DNA of 64,000 nucleotides from Escherichia coli 042 (GTDB lineage Bacteria > Pseudomonadota > Gammaproteobacteria > Enterobacterales > Enterobacteriaceae): NCBI RefSeq assembly GCF_000027125.1, contig NC_017626.1; one strand, 5' to 3'. Of this stretch, positions 19,355 through 32,605 are shown piece by piece. The first letter of the stretch is position 1, and every line of letters starts with the position of its first letter. Under the pieces are notes generated by a model, which was not told the DNA's origin, made no database searches, and saw nothing but the letters and a program-made list of their open reading frames with translations. The translations under genes were made by a program, and so were the position numbers.

Positions 19355-19381
19355 AAAATCCGGGCTATTGCCCGGATTTTA
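19355..19381 (-). terminator. Rho-independent terminator downstream of the integrase gene
   Basis: Hairpin ATCCGGGC-TATT-GCCCGGAT followed by a T-run on the minus strand, immediately after the integrase stop. Confidence 0.6.
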
Positions 19382-20644
19382 TTATTTTAATGGGTTATTA
19401 ATCTTTGCATATTCAAATGGACTGATAAATTTTTCTCTGTTTGCATCCAGAAAATCGGCCCACCACTGTAGCATCAGTCGCCGTTCTTCCAGATGTTCTG
19501 CTTTATGAATGTAAGCAGCACGTACACCGTTACGTTCCTGATGGCTCATCTGACGTTCCACAGCATCGCGGGACCACAAACCTGATTCAATCAATGCACT
19601 GCACGCCATCGCCCGGAATCCATGGCCACAGACTTCCTGGGTTGTGTCATACCCCATCACCCTCAGGGCTTTATTTACAGTATTTTCACTGATTGGTTTA
19701 CGCGGGTCATGTGCACCCGTAAATATCAGACCATTTTCACCTGCCCATGTCTGAAGTTCTGTCAGTATGGCTACAGCCTGTTTACTGAGTGGCACAAGAT
19801 GTGGTGTCCGCATCTTGGAGCCCCGGTGTGAGAATTTTACGCCAGGCAGAGGTTCGCGTTCGGCTGGAATAGTCCACATGGCATTGTCAATATCAATTTC
19901 AGACCAGCGGGCATATCTGAGTTCACTGGAACGAATAAAAACCAGTAAATTCAGCATAACGGCAAGCCGGGTGACAGGCTGGCCTTTATAACCGTCAATA
20001 CGCGACAGAAGTTCAGGCAGGCGTGAAAGATTCAGAGCGGGGCGATGCTGGCGTTTTACCGTGGTCAATGCACCAGCCATATCCAGAGCCGGGTTATATC
20101 TGATGATGCCAGACTGTACGGCGTAACGCATTACAGCAGATATTCTTTGCTGCAGACGACTGGCGATTTCATAAATTTGTTTTGCTTCTGCAGCACGAAC
20201 AGGGATAAGCAGGTCCGGGGTATTGAGTGTTGTGATATCCCGGTTGCCGATAAAGGGGAAAACGTGTGTCTCGAGGCTTTTGAGTACTTTATCGCTGTGT
20301 GATTGTGCCCATTGTTTATTACTGGCATGCCAGCGTCGTGCAATATGTTCAAAAGAGAGCTGTAAATCAGGGACTACTTTTTTAACTCTTTTCTGTTCGC
20401 AAGGGTCAATCCCCTCTGAAATCAGTTTTCGGGCCTCATCCCGTTTTGTACGAGCTTCGGAGAGAGAAACTTCTGGATACACACCAAGTGCCAGAGTCTT
20501 CTCCTTACCCAGAATACGATAACGGAGACGCCAGTAACGGGAACCATTAGGATGTACCAGCAGGAACATGCCAGCCCCGTCAGTGAGTTTATAAGCCTTG
20601 TCAGTAGGCTTTGCTGCCCGGATTTTTGCGTCAGTCAGTGCCAT
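19382..20644 (-). CDS. int: P4-family tyrosine integrase
   Basis: 420 aa, MALTDAKIRAAKPTDKAYKLTDGAGMFLLVHPNGSRYWRLRYR...; C-terminal catalytic region HGFRAMA...RAAYIH; located ~200 bp from the 3' end of tRNA-Phe. Confidence 0.9.
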   Translation of the reverse strand: MALTDAKIRAAKPTDKAYKLTDGAGMFLLVHPNGSRYWRLRYRILGKEKTLALGVYPEVSLSEARTKRDEARKLISEGIDPCEQKRVKKVVPDLQLSFEHIARRWHASNKQWAQSHSDKVLKSLETHVFPFIGNRDITTLNTPDLLIPVRAAEAKQIYEIASRLQQRISAVMRYAVQSGIIRYNPALDMAGALTTVKRQHRPALNLSRLPELLSRIDGYKGQPVTRLAVMLNLLVFIRSSELRYARWSEIDIDNAMWTIPAEREPLPGVKFSHRGSKMRTPHLVPLSKQAVAILTELQTWAGENGLIFTGAHDPRKPISENTVNKALRVMGYDTTQEVCGHGFRAMACSALIESGLWSRDAVERQMSHQERNGVRAAYIHKAEHLEERRLMLQWWADFLDANREKFISPFEYAKINNPLK

Positions 20645-20841
20645 AGTTCAGCCTTCTGAATGCGTTAAAGAGGGTACAAATTCTGTCGAACTGGGGTATG
20701 CCCACAATTATACCCACACAATGAGGTTGATGTGGGGGGAATCTGGTTGAGTTCGGTAGAATTGATTTGGAGGCAGGACGCTTAAATCGTGGCGTCCTGG
20801 AATGAAAAACGGACCTCCGTGGAGGTCCGTTGATATGAATT

Positions 20842-20917
20842 TGGTGCCCGGACTCGGAATCGAACCAAGGACACGGGGATTTTCAATCCCCTGCTCTACC
20901 GACTGAGCTATCCGGGC
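20842..20917 (-). tRNA. pheU: tRNA-Phe (GAA)
   Basis: Exact 76-nt tRNA-Phe as reverse complement (GCCCGGATAGCTCAGTCGGTAGAGCAGGGGATTGAAAATCCCCGTGTCCTTGGTTCGATTCCGAGTCCGGGCACCA); followed by yjdC-dsbD-cutA as at K-12 pheU. Confidence 0.95.
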
Positions 20918-21023
20918 AACGGGGCGCATTAAACCGTAATCTGCACATCTCGTCAACCTAATTTCAGTAAAAGCGATTCAACTGCTTAAGATTGCGGCAA
21001 ATCGCTTCTTTTCTGTGTTTCTG

Positions 21024-21623
21024 TCAGGTCAGTGCGCCACCCTGGCGGCAGCGAGCGAAGCGCAGGATATCTTCTGCCAGCCGATGTGCGGTGTCGACAT
21101 CCGCCTGGCTACGATTCACCAGCATTCGGCTTAAACAGCCTTCCAGCACCAGTTCCATCTGCTTTGCTACCATCGCCGGATCGTCAACTTCCAGCGTGGT
21201 TAACAGTTCGTGGGTGAAATCGTAGGCCGCGCTTTTTTGCTGATCGGCCAGTTGATGAATAGGGTGGCCAGGATCGGGATAAAACGTACAGGCAGCGATA
21301 AACAGACAGCCCGGATAGCGGTTGTTTTTAACGCACTCCGATAACGCCTGATAACGTGCCAGCAGCTTTTGTTCGGCGGTTTGCGTTTCGTCCAGCATCA
21401 GCTGACGACGCCAGACATCTATCTGTTGGCTAAGATAACGCAGCGCATCGTAGAGGATTGCCTCTTTGTCTGGCCAGAAACGGCGCAGCTCGTCCAGTGG
21501 ATAATCCACACGTTCAGCAACCATCTCCAGCGTGGTGTTGGCAATCCCTTGTAATTCTAATAATTTCAGGGCTTCTCCCAGTACATCTTCACGTTGCACG
21601 CTATTTTCCTCCGTCTTTCCCAC
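21024..21623 (-). CDS. yjdC: TetR-family transcriptional regulator YjdC
   Basis: ORF-track protein recognised as YjdC; the true start may be the internal GTG at 21599. Confidence 0.8.
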
Positions 21624-21635
21624 TGCAAGTGTCGT

Positions 21636-23333
21636 TCACGGTTGGCGATCGCGCAAATGTGCGCTGAAGGTTTCAGCATCCATAAAGCCCGTGACGCGTG
21701 CTTGTGGATGCTCCTGGCCTTGTCCGTCAAAAAAGAGAATTGTCGGTAGGCCAAGGACATTAAGATGCTTTAACAGCGCCACATCTTGTGCGTCGTTGGC
21801 AGTGACGTTGGCCTGAAGTAATACCGTGTCTGCTAACGCTTTTTGCACCTGCGGGTCGCTGAAGGTGTATTTCTCAAACTCTTTACAGGCGACGCACCAG
21901 TCGGCATAGAGATCTAACATCACCGGTTTGCCTTTGGCTTCAACGAGCGCCTGATTTAACTCATCTACCGTTTTGATTTGTGTAAAGTTGAGATGCGTCT
22001 GAGTTTGCGCGGTATGCGTCGCACCAAATGCCCAATCCTGAAGTGGGCGCACGCTAACTAATGCCGCTGCCAGCAGGATTATTTGCACCACGCGCATCCA
22101 GCCGCGTTTGGCCTGTAGGCTGGTGATAAAGGCCCAGCCAAAGAATGCGACACCAAGCGCCGACCACAAGCGTAATCCCCATATATCACCAATCACTCGC
22201 TCCAGCAGGAAGACCGGCAGTGCGAGGATCACAAAACCAAACGCGGTTTTGACTTGTTCCATCCACGGGCCGCTTTTCGGCAGCAGGCGGTTACCAAAGA
22301 CGGTTATTAGCATCAGCGGCAGGCCCATGCCCAACGCATAGAGATAAAGCGTGCCGCCCCCCAGCAACATGTTCCCGCTTTGGGCGATATACAGCAGAAT
22401 CGCGCTAAGCGGTGCGGTGGTGCATGGTGAACAGATCAGTCCGGCAATCGCCCCCATAACAAACACACCGCCAGGTGAGCCGCCCTGTTGGCGATTGCTC
22501 ATCAGCGTGAGACGTGTTTGCAGCGAAGAGGGGAGTTGCAGAGTAAACAAGCCAAACATTGACATCGCCAGCAAGGTAAAGACGATAGCGAGGCCAATGA
22601 GCACGTATGGGTGCTGTAGCGCCGCCTGGAACTGTAACCCTGCGGCGGCAACCACCAGACCCAGTGCCGTGTAAGTCAGCGCCATCCCCTGCACATAAAT
22701 AAAGGTCAGCAACAATGCTCTGGCAGTGGAGAGCCGCTGTTTACCGCCCAGCACGATACCAGAAATCAGTGGGTACATTGGCAGCACGCATGGCGTAAAG
22801 GCGATACCAATACCGATCAACAACGCCCAGAGCGCGGAAAAGGGCAATTGCGCGGTGGGCTGCTCTTGCTGCGGAACAGACACAGGCTGTGGCGCTGAGT
22901 TGTTGACGACCACTTCGCTTAACGGAACGGTTTTGGTTTCTGGCGGATAACAGAAACCGGCATCAGCACAGCCCTGGTAGGTGACAGTTAACGTCGCTCC
23001 CGCACTCGCCTTGTTGATGGTTACGGGAAGCGTCAGCCGATCGCGGTAAATCTCGCTTTTGCCGTAAAACTCATCTTCATGCCAGACGCCTTGCGGCAGC
23101 TGTACGTCGGCAATTTTCGCGTGTTCCGGCGTAATGCGGATCTGTTTACGGTAGAGGTAATAACCGTCTTTGATCTGCCAGGTCAGATTCAGGTCATGTT
23201 GGTTTTGCTGAAAATCAAAAGCAAAGGCTTGATCCGCGGGGACAAATTGTGAACGTCCCGGCGCGTCGAATAATCCGGCAAAAACGGAAGTGCTGCAAAG
23301 TAGCAGGATCAGCGTAAAGATGCGTTGAGCCAT
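21636..23333 (-). CDS. dsbD: Thiol:disulfide interchange protein DsbD
   Basis: Start trimmed to [19 protein letters not shown] giving 565 aa; C-terminal thioredoxin-like CVAC motif. Confidence 0.9.
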
Positions 23334-23647
23334 GAGAGGTAATCTGTGTCTCCGTGTGTAACAGGTAAAACCAGAAGTTCCGGGGTTTGATATGGATGAT
23401 GAGACTTCAGGCATTCCAGCAGTGCCTGCTGGTGAGATACGGTAGTTTTTAAAATCATCTGCACTTCGTATTCTTGCTCCAGCTTACCTTCCCAGTAATA
23501 AAGAGAGGTTGCGCCGGGGATCAAGGTCGCGCAGGCCGCCAGTTTTTCCGCCAGCACTTTGGCGGCTAAATCCTGGGCTGTCGCTTCATCCGGTGCCGTA
23601 CATAGCACCACGACAGACGCGGTATTCGAACTTTTTTCATCAAGCAT
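23309..23647 (-). CDS. cutA: Divalent-cation tolerance protein CutA
   Basis: 112 aa from [21 protein letters not shown]; overlaps dsbD start as in K-12. Confidence 0.9.
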
Positions 23648-23761
23648 AAACACCTCGCAAGAACAGATGGAACCGCAAGAGAGAGGTCACTATACAACGG
23701 ACGGGGGAAGGATGTTAGTCGGCGGGAAAGAAAGCGGGGCCTGAAGCCCCGCGATTGATCA

Positions 23762-25063
23762 TTACAGCATGAAGCTACCCAGCACGAAGCCGAAGCAAAC
23801 GGCCAGGGCAACACCCAGAGTACCCGGGATGAAGAACGGATGGTTGAAGACGAATTTACCGATACGGGTTGTACCCGTGTCATCCATCTGTACCGCAGCA
23901 ACCAGCGTCGGGTAGGTCGGCAGAATGAACAGACCTGACACCGCAGCGAAAGAAGCAACAGCGGTCAGCGGAGAAACGTTCAGTGCCAGAGCCATCGGCA
24001 TCAGTGCTTTTGCGGTTGCAGCCTGAGAGTACAGCAGAGCAGAAGCAAAGAAGAAGATGACGGCCAGCAGCCACGGATGACCCTGAATCACTTCACCAGC
24101 GGTATCTTTGATCCAGTCGATGTTGTTGGAAACGAAAGTATCGCCCAGCCACGCAACACCCAGGATACAAATACAGGCGCTCATACCTGCTTTGAAGGTG
24201 CTGGAGTTGAGGATGTTGTCGGTATCGACTTTACAGATAACGGTGGTCAGAGTTGCAACGCTGAGCATGATGATCAGGATTGCGTTGGTGGTGTTCATCA
24301 GCGGTTTTTCAACCAGACCCATGCTTGGGCTGTTGATGATTGCATAGATAACCACGCCAACTACGCCCAGCAGGAATAGCCAGACGGACGTTTTTGCACC
24401 GGATTTGATTTCAATCTGCTTTTCACCGCGCAGTTCAACCAGGCCTTCTTCCAGACGCTTGCGATAAATCGGATCGTCAGAGAGTTTGGAGTTGAACAGC
24501 ATAGTGACCAGGAAGGACATCACCAGAACCGCCAGCAGGGTGGACGGGATGACCACGGAGAGCAGATGGAGGTAGCTGATGCCATGACCTTCCATTACGG
24601 AAGACATGTAAACCACTGCTGCTGAGATTGGCGATGCGGTGATCGCAATCTGCGCGGATACCACTGCAGTAGACAGCGGACGGCAAGGTTTGACGCCTTG
24701 TTCCTTCGCAACTTCAGCGATAACTGGCAGTGTCGCCAGAGAGATGTTGCCAGTACCAGCAAAGATTGTCAGGAAATAGGTCACGATCGGCGCGAGGATC
24801 GTGATGTATTTCGGGTTACGGCGCAGCAGCTTTTCTGTCTGATGAACCAGATAGTCCAGACCGCCAGCAACCTGCATGGCAGAAATAGCGGCGATAACCG
24901 CCATGATAATGGAAATGACATCGAACGGGATGTTACCGGGTTTAACGCCAATAGCGGCAAGAACCAGCACCCCCAATCCGCCTGCAAAACCAATACCTAT
25001 TCCCCCCAATCTGGCGCCCAAGAAGATCGCCAGCAAAACTATGATGAGTTCTACAACTAGCAT
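23762..25063 (-). CDS. dcuA: Anaerobic C4-dicarboxylate transporter DcuA
   Basis: 433-aa polytopic membrane protein, MLVVELIIVLLAIFLGARLGGIGIGFAGG... Confidence 0.9.
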   Translation of the reverse strand: MLVVELIIVLLAIFLGARLGGIGIGFAGGLGVLVLAAIGVKPGNIPFDVISIIMAVIAAISAMQVAGGLDYLVHQTEKLLRRNPKYITILAPIVTYFLTIFAGTGNISLATLPVIAEVAKEQGVKPCRPLSTAVVSAQIAITASPISAAVVYMSSVMEGHGISYLHLLSVVIPSTLLAVLVMSFLVTMLFNSKLSDDPIYRKRLEEGLVELRGEKQIEIKSGAKTSVWLFLLGVVGVVIYAIINSPSMGLVEKPLMNTTNAILIIMLSVATLTTVICKVDTDNILNSSTFKAGMSACICILGVAWLGDTFVSNNIDWIKDTAGEVIQGHPWLLAVIFFFASALLYSQAATAKALMPMALALNVSPLTAVASFAAVSGLFILPTYPTLVAAVQMDDTGTTRIGKFVFNHPFFIPGTLGVALAVCFGFVLGSFML

Positions 25064-25126
25064 ATTAGCCTTCCTTGTTTTTTAACAAGTTGATATTGGA
25101 TTGTTATTTTTAAGTTACTGCTCACA

Positions 25127-25157
25127 AGAAAAAAGGCACGTCATCTGACGTGCCTTC
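25127..25157 (-). terminator. Rho-independent terminator between aspA and dcuA
   Basis: Minus strand hairpin GGCACGTCAGATGACGTGCC followed by T6. Confidence 0.6.
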
Positions 25158-25180
25158 TTTATTTGTACTACCCTGTACGA

Positions 25181-26617
25181 TTACTGTTCGCTTTCATCAG
25201 TATAGCGTTTTGCTTTGTAAGCCGGGTGCATCAGATTCTGTACGGAGAAAATATCGTCAAGTTCCGCTTCAGTCAACAGACCGCGTTCCAGAACGACTTC
25301 ACGTACACTCTTACCGGTTTCGGCACAGATTTTACCCACGATGTCACCGTTGTGGTGACCGATGAACGGGTTCAGGTAAGTAACGATACCGATAGAGTTG
25401 TAAACGTAACCTTCGCACACTTCTTTGTTAGCAGTGATGCCGTTAATGCATTTTTCCAGCAGGTTGTAGCAAGCGTTGGTCAGAATGTGAACGGATTCAA
25501 ACATGGCCTGGCCAATGACCGGCTCCATAACGTTCAACTGCAGCTGACCTGCTTCTGCGGCCATGGTAACAGTGGTGTCGTTACCGATGACTTTGAAGCA
25601 TACCTGGTTAACCACTTCCGGAACAACCGGGTTTACTTTAGCTGGCATGATGGAAGAGCCCGCCTGCAGTTCCGGCAGGTTGATCTCGTTCAGGCCGGCA
25701 CGTGGGCCAGAAGAGAGCAAGCGCAGGTCGTTACAGATTTTGGACATCTTCACAGCCAGGCGTTTCAGCGCGCCGTGAACCATAACATAAGCGCCGCAGT
25801 CAGAGGTCGCTTCGATCAGGTCTTCAGCCGGTACGCATGGGAAGCCAGTGACTTCAGCCAGTTTTTTCACTGCCAGCGGAGAGTACTCTTTCGGCGTGTT
25901 CAGACCAGTACCGATTGCTGTTGCGCCAAGGTTAACTTCCAGCAGCAGTTCAGCGGTACGTTGGATATTTTTCACTTCTTCTTTCAGCAGGATGCTGAAA
26001 GCGCGGAATTCCTGACCGAGGGTCATCGGTACTGCGTCCTGCAGCTGGGTACGACCCATTTTCAGGATGTCCTGGAATTCGACAGCTTTACGTTCAAAGC
26101 CTTCACGCAGTTGGTTAATCGCATCTACCAGCTTAATCAGGGAAGAGTAAACTGCGATACGGAAACCGGTCGGGTAGGCGTCGTTAGTGGACTGACATTT
26201 GTTAACATGGTCGTTCGGGTTCAGGTACTGATATTCACCTTTCTGGTGACCCATCAGTTCCAGACCGATATTGGCCAGCACTTCGTTGGTGTTCATGTTT
26301 ACGGAAGTACCTGCGCCGCCCTGGTAGACGTCTACCGGGAACTGATCCATGCATTTTCCGTTGTTCAGGACTTCATCACATGCGGCAATGATGGCATTCG
26401 CTACACTTTTAGGAATGGTTTGCAGCTCTTTGTTTGCCATAGCTGCGGCTTTTTTAACCATTACCATACCGCGAACAAATTCAGGAATATCACTGATTTT
26501 GTTGTTGCTGATATAGAAGTTTTCAATCGCTCTCAGAGTGTGAACACCATAGTAGGCATCAGCTGGAACTTCCCTGGTACCCAACAGATCTTCTTCGATA
26601 CGAATGTTGTTTGACAT
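25181..26617 (-). CDS. aspA: Aspartate ammonia-lyase
   Basis: 478 aa from [24 protein letters not shown]; fumarase/aspartase family. Confidence 0.95.
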
Positions 26618-26953
26618 GTGAACCTTCTTTTTCAAGCTGCCAATGATTTGCTTTAAACACACAGAATATATGTGGTTTCGAATGTTTTTCGACCGACGAT
26701 TATCCCCTGCATCGACCGAATACCCGAGATCATATGCTGCTTGAGGATTTCTACCGTAATCTGGATCACTTTAAGTGTCGGTTTTTACCCCTTAATTATT
26801 AATTTGTGAAATAGATCACCGCTTTGGGATTACTACCAAAAATAGTTGCGCAAACATCTTGAAATTTTGCTAATGACCACAATATAAGCTGAACGCGATT
26901 CGCAACCCATTCAGGTAGCCGGGTTTAACCGGCTGCTATTACAGGAGAAACCT

Positions 26954-27430
26954 TTGCGCTGGTTACCTTTTATTGCCATTTTTCTTTATGTCTATATTGA
27001 GATTTCAATCTTTATTCAGGTTGCCCATGTATTGGGGGTATTGCTGACCCTCGTGCTGGTTATATTCACGTCAGTTATCGGTATGTCACTGGTACGCAAC
27101 CAGGGCTTTAAGAATTTCGTGCTGATGCAGCAAAAAATGGCGGCGGGTGAAAACCCAGCGGCGGAGATGATTAAAAGTGTTTCGCTGATCATTGCTGGTT
27201 TGCTGCTTTTATTACCGGGCTTTTTTACCGACTTCCTCGGTCTTCTGCTTTTATTGCCGCCGGTGCAAAAGCATCTGACAGTGAAGTTGATGCCGCATTT
27301 GCGCTTTTCTCGCATGCCAGGCGGCGGTTTTAGCGCCGGGACCGGTGGCGGTAATACTTTTGATGGTGAGTACCAGCGAAAGGATGATGACCGCGACCGC
27401 CTTGATCATAAAGACGATCGCCAGGATTAA
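26954..27430 (+). CDS. fxsA: Inner membrane protein FxsA
   Basis: 158 aa, MRWLPFIAIFLYVYIEISIFIQVAHVLG... Confidence 0.9.
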   Translation: MRWLPFIAIFLYVYIEISIFIQVAHVLGVLLTLVLVIFTSVIGMSLVRNQGFKNFVLMQQKMAAGENPAAEMIKSVSLIIAGLLLLLPGFFTDFLGLLLLLPPVQKHLTVKLMPHLRFSRMPGGGFSAGTGGGNTFDGEYQRKDDDRDRLDHKDDRQD

Positions 27431-27445
27431 TGTCGAAACGCCGGA

Positions 27446-28702
27446 TTATGTGGTTATGCCATTTTCCGGCGTTTTTCGTTTTGGCAGAAACAGCCATAAC
27501 CCCGCCAGCATGATCAGCGCATAGAGACTTTTCCAGCCGACCATTGCCAGTAACAGAACGCATAACAGCCCGCCAACCACCGCCAGTAGTCGATAACGTC
27601 CTTGCAATAATTTACAACCTGCCAGCATGCATAACAGATAAATCATAATAAAGATGCCATTGGCATAAATAATAAGAGCGTCCAGATTGATCTCTAAAGC
27701 ATGAATCACCAACGTGCTCACCACGCAGCAGCCGAGTACCGCATTGAGGGCATTATTCGGGATATGACGAGAAGAGAGGCGTGCCAGGTAGTGGTCAGGA
27801 TTATGTTGCGCCTGCGACCAGACCAGGCGGGCGAAGCTCTGTATATAAATGTTGAGACTGGCAAAGCAGGCCAGATAGCCAATCACGCAGGCAATCCATA
27901 ACGCTCCTACACCGAACAGTTGCACTACAATTTTTGGAAGCGATGCTGCTGCCGCCATTTGTTCACCATAGGCGTCGAAGTGTAAGACGACTACCGTACA
28001 GCCCCAGTAGACTAATCCTGCCAGCAGCAGACCAATCATCAAAGCACGAGGAAAATCACGCTCTGGATTTTTAAATTCCGAGGCAAGATGGGCAAATGCT
28101 TCCAGACCGACAAAGCACCAGAACATCACTGATAACGCAGCAAATAACCCGGTAAGTTCGATATTACCAGGTGCAGGGAAGGGGATACTCGCAGGTTTGA
28201 TATCGCCCGCCCACCAGATAGCGACAATCAGCGCGACGATAAGTCCGGCAATAACTGTTTGTAGATTAGCACTGGAACTGGCACCGCGAGTACCGATATA
28301 CCACACCAGCGCCAGCGTACCGAGTTCTGCCAACAACAGTTGCCAGCTATGCCAGCCAAACATTGCCTGGCCGAACCCGGCAGCAATTTGTAACGCGGCA
28401 GGCAAACCCACGGGAATGACCGATAAAAACAACCAGCCGGTGACTCGCTCAAGCCGCGAACCAAACGCCATACCGACGAAGTGCGCGACACCGCCTGCGC
28501 TGGGATAGTGGCGACCCAGAATCGCAAACACAATCGCAATCGGGAACACTAAGATAATCAAAACGGGCCACGCCCACAGGCTGTTATTGCCTGCTACCAG
28601 TGCAGCTAACGCAGGAACGGCAAACACGCCGGTGCCTAATAATGACGTCGATAGCAGGCCAATGCCCTGGGCCAGCCCCAGTTCTTGTTTGAGTCCACTC
28701 AT
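27446..28702 (-). CDS. yjeH: Amino-acid exporter YjeH (APC family)
   Basis: 418 aa from MSGLKQELGLAQGIGLLSTSLLG; ORF-track start is upstream of the expected start. Confidence 0.85.
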   Translation of the reverse strand: MSGLKQELGLAQGIGLLSTSLLGTGVFAVPALAALVAGNNSLWAWPVLIILVFPIAIVFAILGRHYPSAGGVAHFVGMAFGSRLERVTGWLFLSVIPVGLPAALQIAAGFGQAMFGWHSWQLLLAELGTLALVWYIGTRGASSSANLQTVIAGLIVALIVAIWWAGDIKPASIPFPAPGNIELTGLFAALSVMFWCFVGLEAFAHLASEFKNPERDFPRALMIGLLLAGLVYWGCTVVVLHFDAYGEQMAAAASLPKIVVQLFGVGALWIACVIGYLACFASLNIYIQSFARLVWSQAQHNPDHYLARLSSRHIPNNALNAVLGCCVVSTLVIHALEINLDALIIYANGIFIMIYLLCMLAGCKLLQGRYRLLAVVGGLLCVLLLAMVGWKSLYALIMLAGLWLFLPKRKTPENGITT

Positions 28703-28926
28703 GGGTTGATGTCCGATTGCGCCCAAATTATGGGCAACTGCGTAGATTTTCGATGGTAGCACAATCAGATTCGCTTATGACGGTGATGAAGAAATTGCGA
28801 TGAAATGTGAGGTGAATCAGGGTTTTCACCCGATTTTGTGCTGATCAGAATTTTTTTTCTTTTTCCCCCTTGAAGGGGCGAAGCCTCATCCCCATTTCTC
28901 TGGTCACCAGCCGGGAAACCACGTAA

Positions 28927-29271
<345 letters not shown>

Positions 29272-29302
29272 TCCGCGCACGACACTGAACATACGAATTT
29301 AA

Positions 29303-30961
<1,659 letters not shown>

Positions 30962-30986
30962 TTGCCCTGCACCTCGCAGAAATAAA

Positions 30987-31019
30987 CAAACCCCCGGGCA
31001 GAAATGTCTGGGGGTTTTT
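30987..31019 (+). terminator. groESL rho-independent terminator
   Basis: AAACCCCCGGGCAGAAATGTCTGGGGGTTTTTC hairpin plus T-run directly after the groEL stop. Confidence 0.8.
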
Positions 31020-31098
31020 CTTTTGGTCATCTTTCTAGTATAAGATTCAGACACGGACGACGCGAGTGGCGTCCAGCTCATTGATTATGGGGAATAAC

Positions 31099-31452
31099 AT
31101 GCACGTAAAATACTTAGCAGGGATTGTCGGTGCCGCGCTACTGATGGCGGGTTGTAGCTCCAGCAACGAATTGAGTGCTGCCGGTCAGAGTGTACGCATT
31201 GTGGACGAGCAGCCAGGCGCAGAGTGCCAGCTGATTGGTACTGCGACAGGTAAGCAAAGCAACTGGCTTTCCGGGCAACACGGTGAAGAGGGCGGTTCTA
31301 TGCGCGGCGCAGCAAACGATCTGCGCAACCAGGCTGCTGCAATGGGCGGTAACGTGATTTATGGCATCAGCAGCCCGTCGCAGGGGATGTTGTCCAGTTT
31401 TGTCCCGACGGATAGCCAGATTATCGGCCAGGTATATAAGTGCCCGAACTGA
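31099..31452 (+). CDS. yjeI: Lipoprotein YjeI
   Basis: 117 aa from MHVKYLAGIVGAALLMAGCSS (lipobox). Confidence 0.8.
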   Translation: MHVKYLAGIVGAALLMAGCSSSNELSAAGQSVRIVDEQPGAECQLIGTATGKQSNWLSGQHGEEGGSMRGAANDLRNQAAAMGGNVIYGISSPSQGMLSSFVPTDSQIIGQVYKCPN

Positions 31453-31501
31453 TGGGATCCAGAGGCTGGATACTTCCAGCCTCGTAGTAAAACAGATGGG
31501 A

Positions 31502-32371
31502 TTATTTCGCCTGTGGTGCAGTTTTGCTGGTGGATTGAACACGTAAGTGATGTAGCGCGCGTAAGCATTGATCCTGGGTTAGCGGTTGGGCGTTATTTGC
31601 CGCTACGGTGCGAACATAGACCTGACATGGTACACCCGCGAGTTTTTTCAGTCGTGGGCTGAAATCAAGCATTCGGCGAGTGATCGCCTCCACTTCTTTA
31701 CCCGGCGTTGCTTCACGCGTTTTCACCACTGCGCCGCTAAATTGTTCTTTGCCACTTTCATCTTTAAAGCGGTAAAGCACCGCCAGATAATGGTTGAACA
31801 AGTTATGTTTCCATTCCGGTTGGGAATAGGTGTCATATTCCAGATTGCCATTGTCCTGGCAGTCAACATCGTATAACGGTAGGAAATCTAACAGTGAGGT
31901 AATACGTAATGCCAGTTCACGCATTTCCGCATTATTAATTGCATGAATGATTGCTCGCGCCAGCATTTCAATCTGCAATTCATTGATGACTAATTCACAT
32001 TTGCTACCGTCATGTAGCGTTAATACGAAGGTAAGATTTTCACCCTGATTATCGGTAAGTTCCAGCGTGTTAACCCGACGATTAATATCGGCATTTTTAA
32101 GCTCATCAACCAGAATTTCTGGGATATTTTCTGCCATTTTCTTAATGACTTTATCGCGAGCTTGCTCATACTGAAGGCGTGCAGCAGCATCCAGTTTATG
32201 CTTTTGATGCAAACGGCTTTCCAGCGCAATCAGAAGGTCGCGCAGTTCCATGACAGACAGAAAGAACAACGATTCTTTATTGCGAGGCTCTTTAATTTTC
32301 AGCGCCAGTGCAATGAAATTATTGCTCTTGCGAATAACACCGGTATTAACACCCTTGATGCTTATGGCCAT
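31502..32371 (-). CDS. yjeJ: Uncharacterised protein YjeJ
   Basis: 289 aa, position and sequence as in K-12. Confidence 0.8.
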   Translation of the reverse strand: MAISIKGVNTGVIRKSNNFIALALKIKEPRNKESLFFLSVMELRDLLIALESRLHQKHKLDAAARLQYEQARDKVIKKMAENIPEILVDELKNADINRRVNTLELTDNQGENLTFVLTLHDGSKCELVINELQIEMLARAIIHAINNAEMRELALRITSLLDFLPLYDVDCQDNGNLEYDTYSQPEWKHNLFNHYLAVLYRFKDESGKEQFSGAVVKTREATPGKEVEAITRRMLDFSPRLKKLAGVPCQVYVRTVAANNAQPLTQDQCLRALHHLRVQSTSKTAPQAK

Positions 32372-32605
32372 GTAGGTTCTCCCTAACCATTTCTCAATTA
32401 AATAATTAATTTTAATTTATAAGCCAGATAAATGGGCTTGGTAGTAATAGTTGTTAAAATAACATAAATAGCCGTGCTCACTCTATATAAACAGAAAAGA
32501 AAGGTTAATTATTGGTGTTGGTTATATAAAAAGTAATAACAGCAATGTATATGAATAATTAAAGGTTATGCAACGTGCAAAGATTAAACTTCCCTGTTTA
32601 ATCAG

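Noticed and set aside
20708-20956. ORF overlapping tRNA-Phe
   Set aside because: It spans the tRNA gene itself and has no independent support.
25163-26614. Long ORFs antisense to highly expressed core genes (25163..26614 opposite aspA; also 29231..30517 opposite groEL, 38642..39643 opposite frdA, 47001..48026 opposite psd, 60072..60722 opposite hflK, 62691..63905 opposite purA)
   Set aside because: Each lies entirely within a well-recognised gene on the other strand and has unusual amino-acid composition; these are typical shadow ORFs, not genes.
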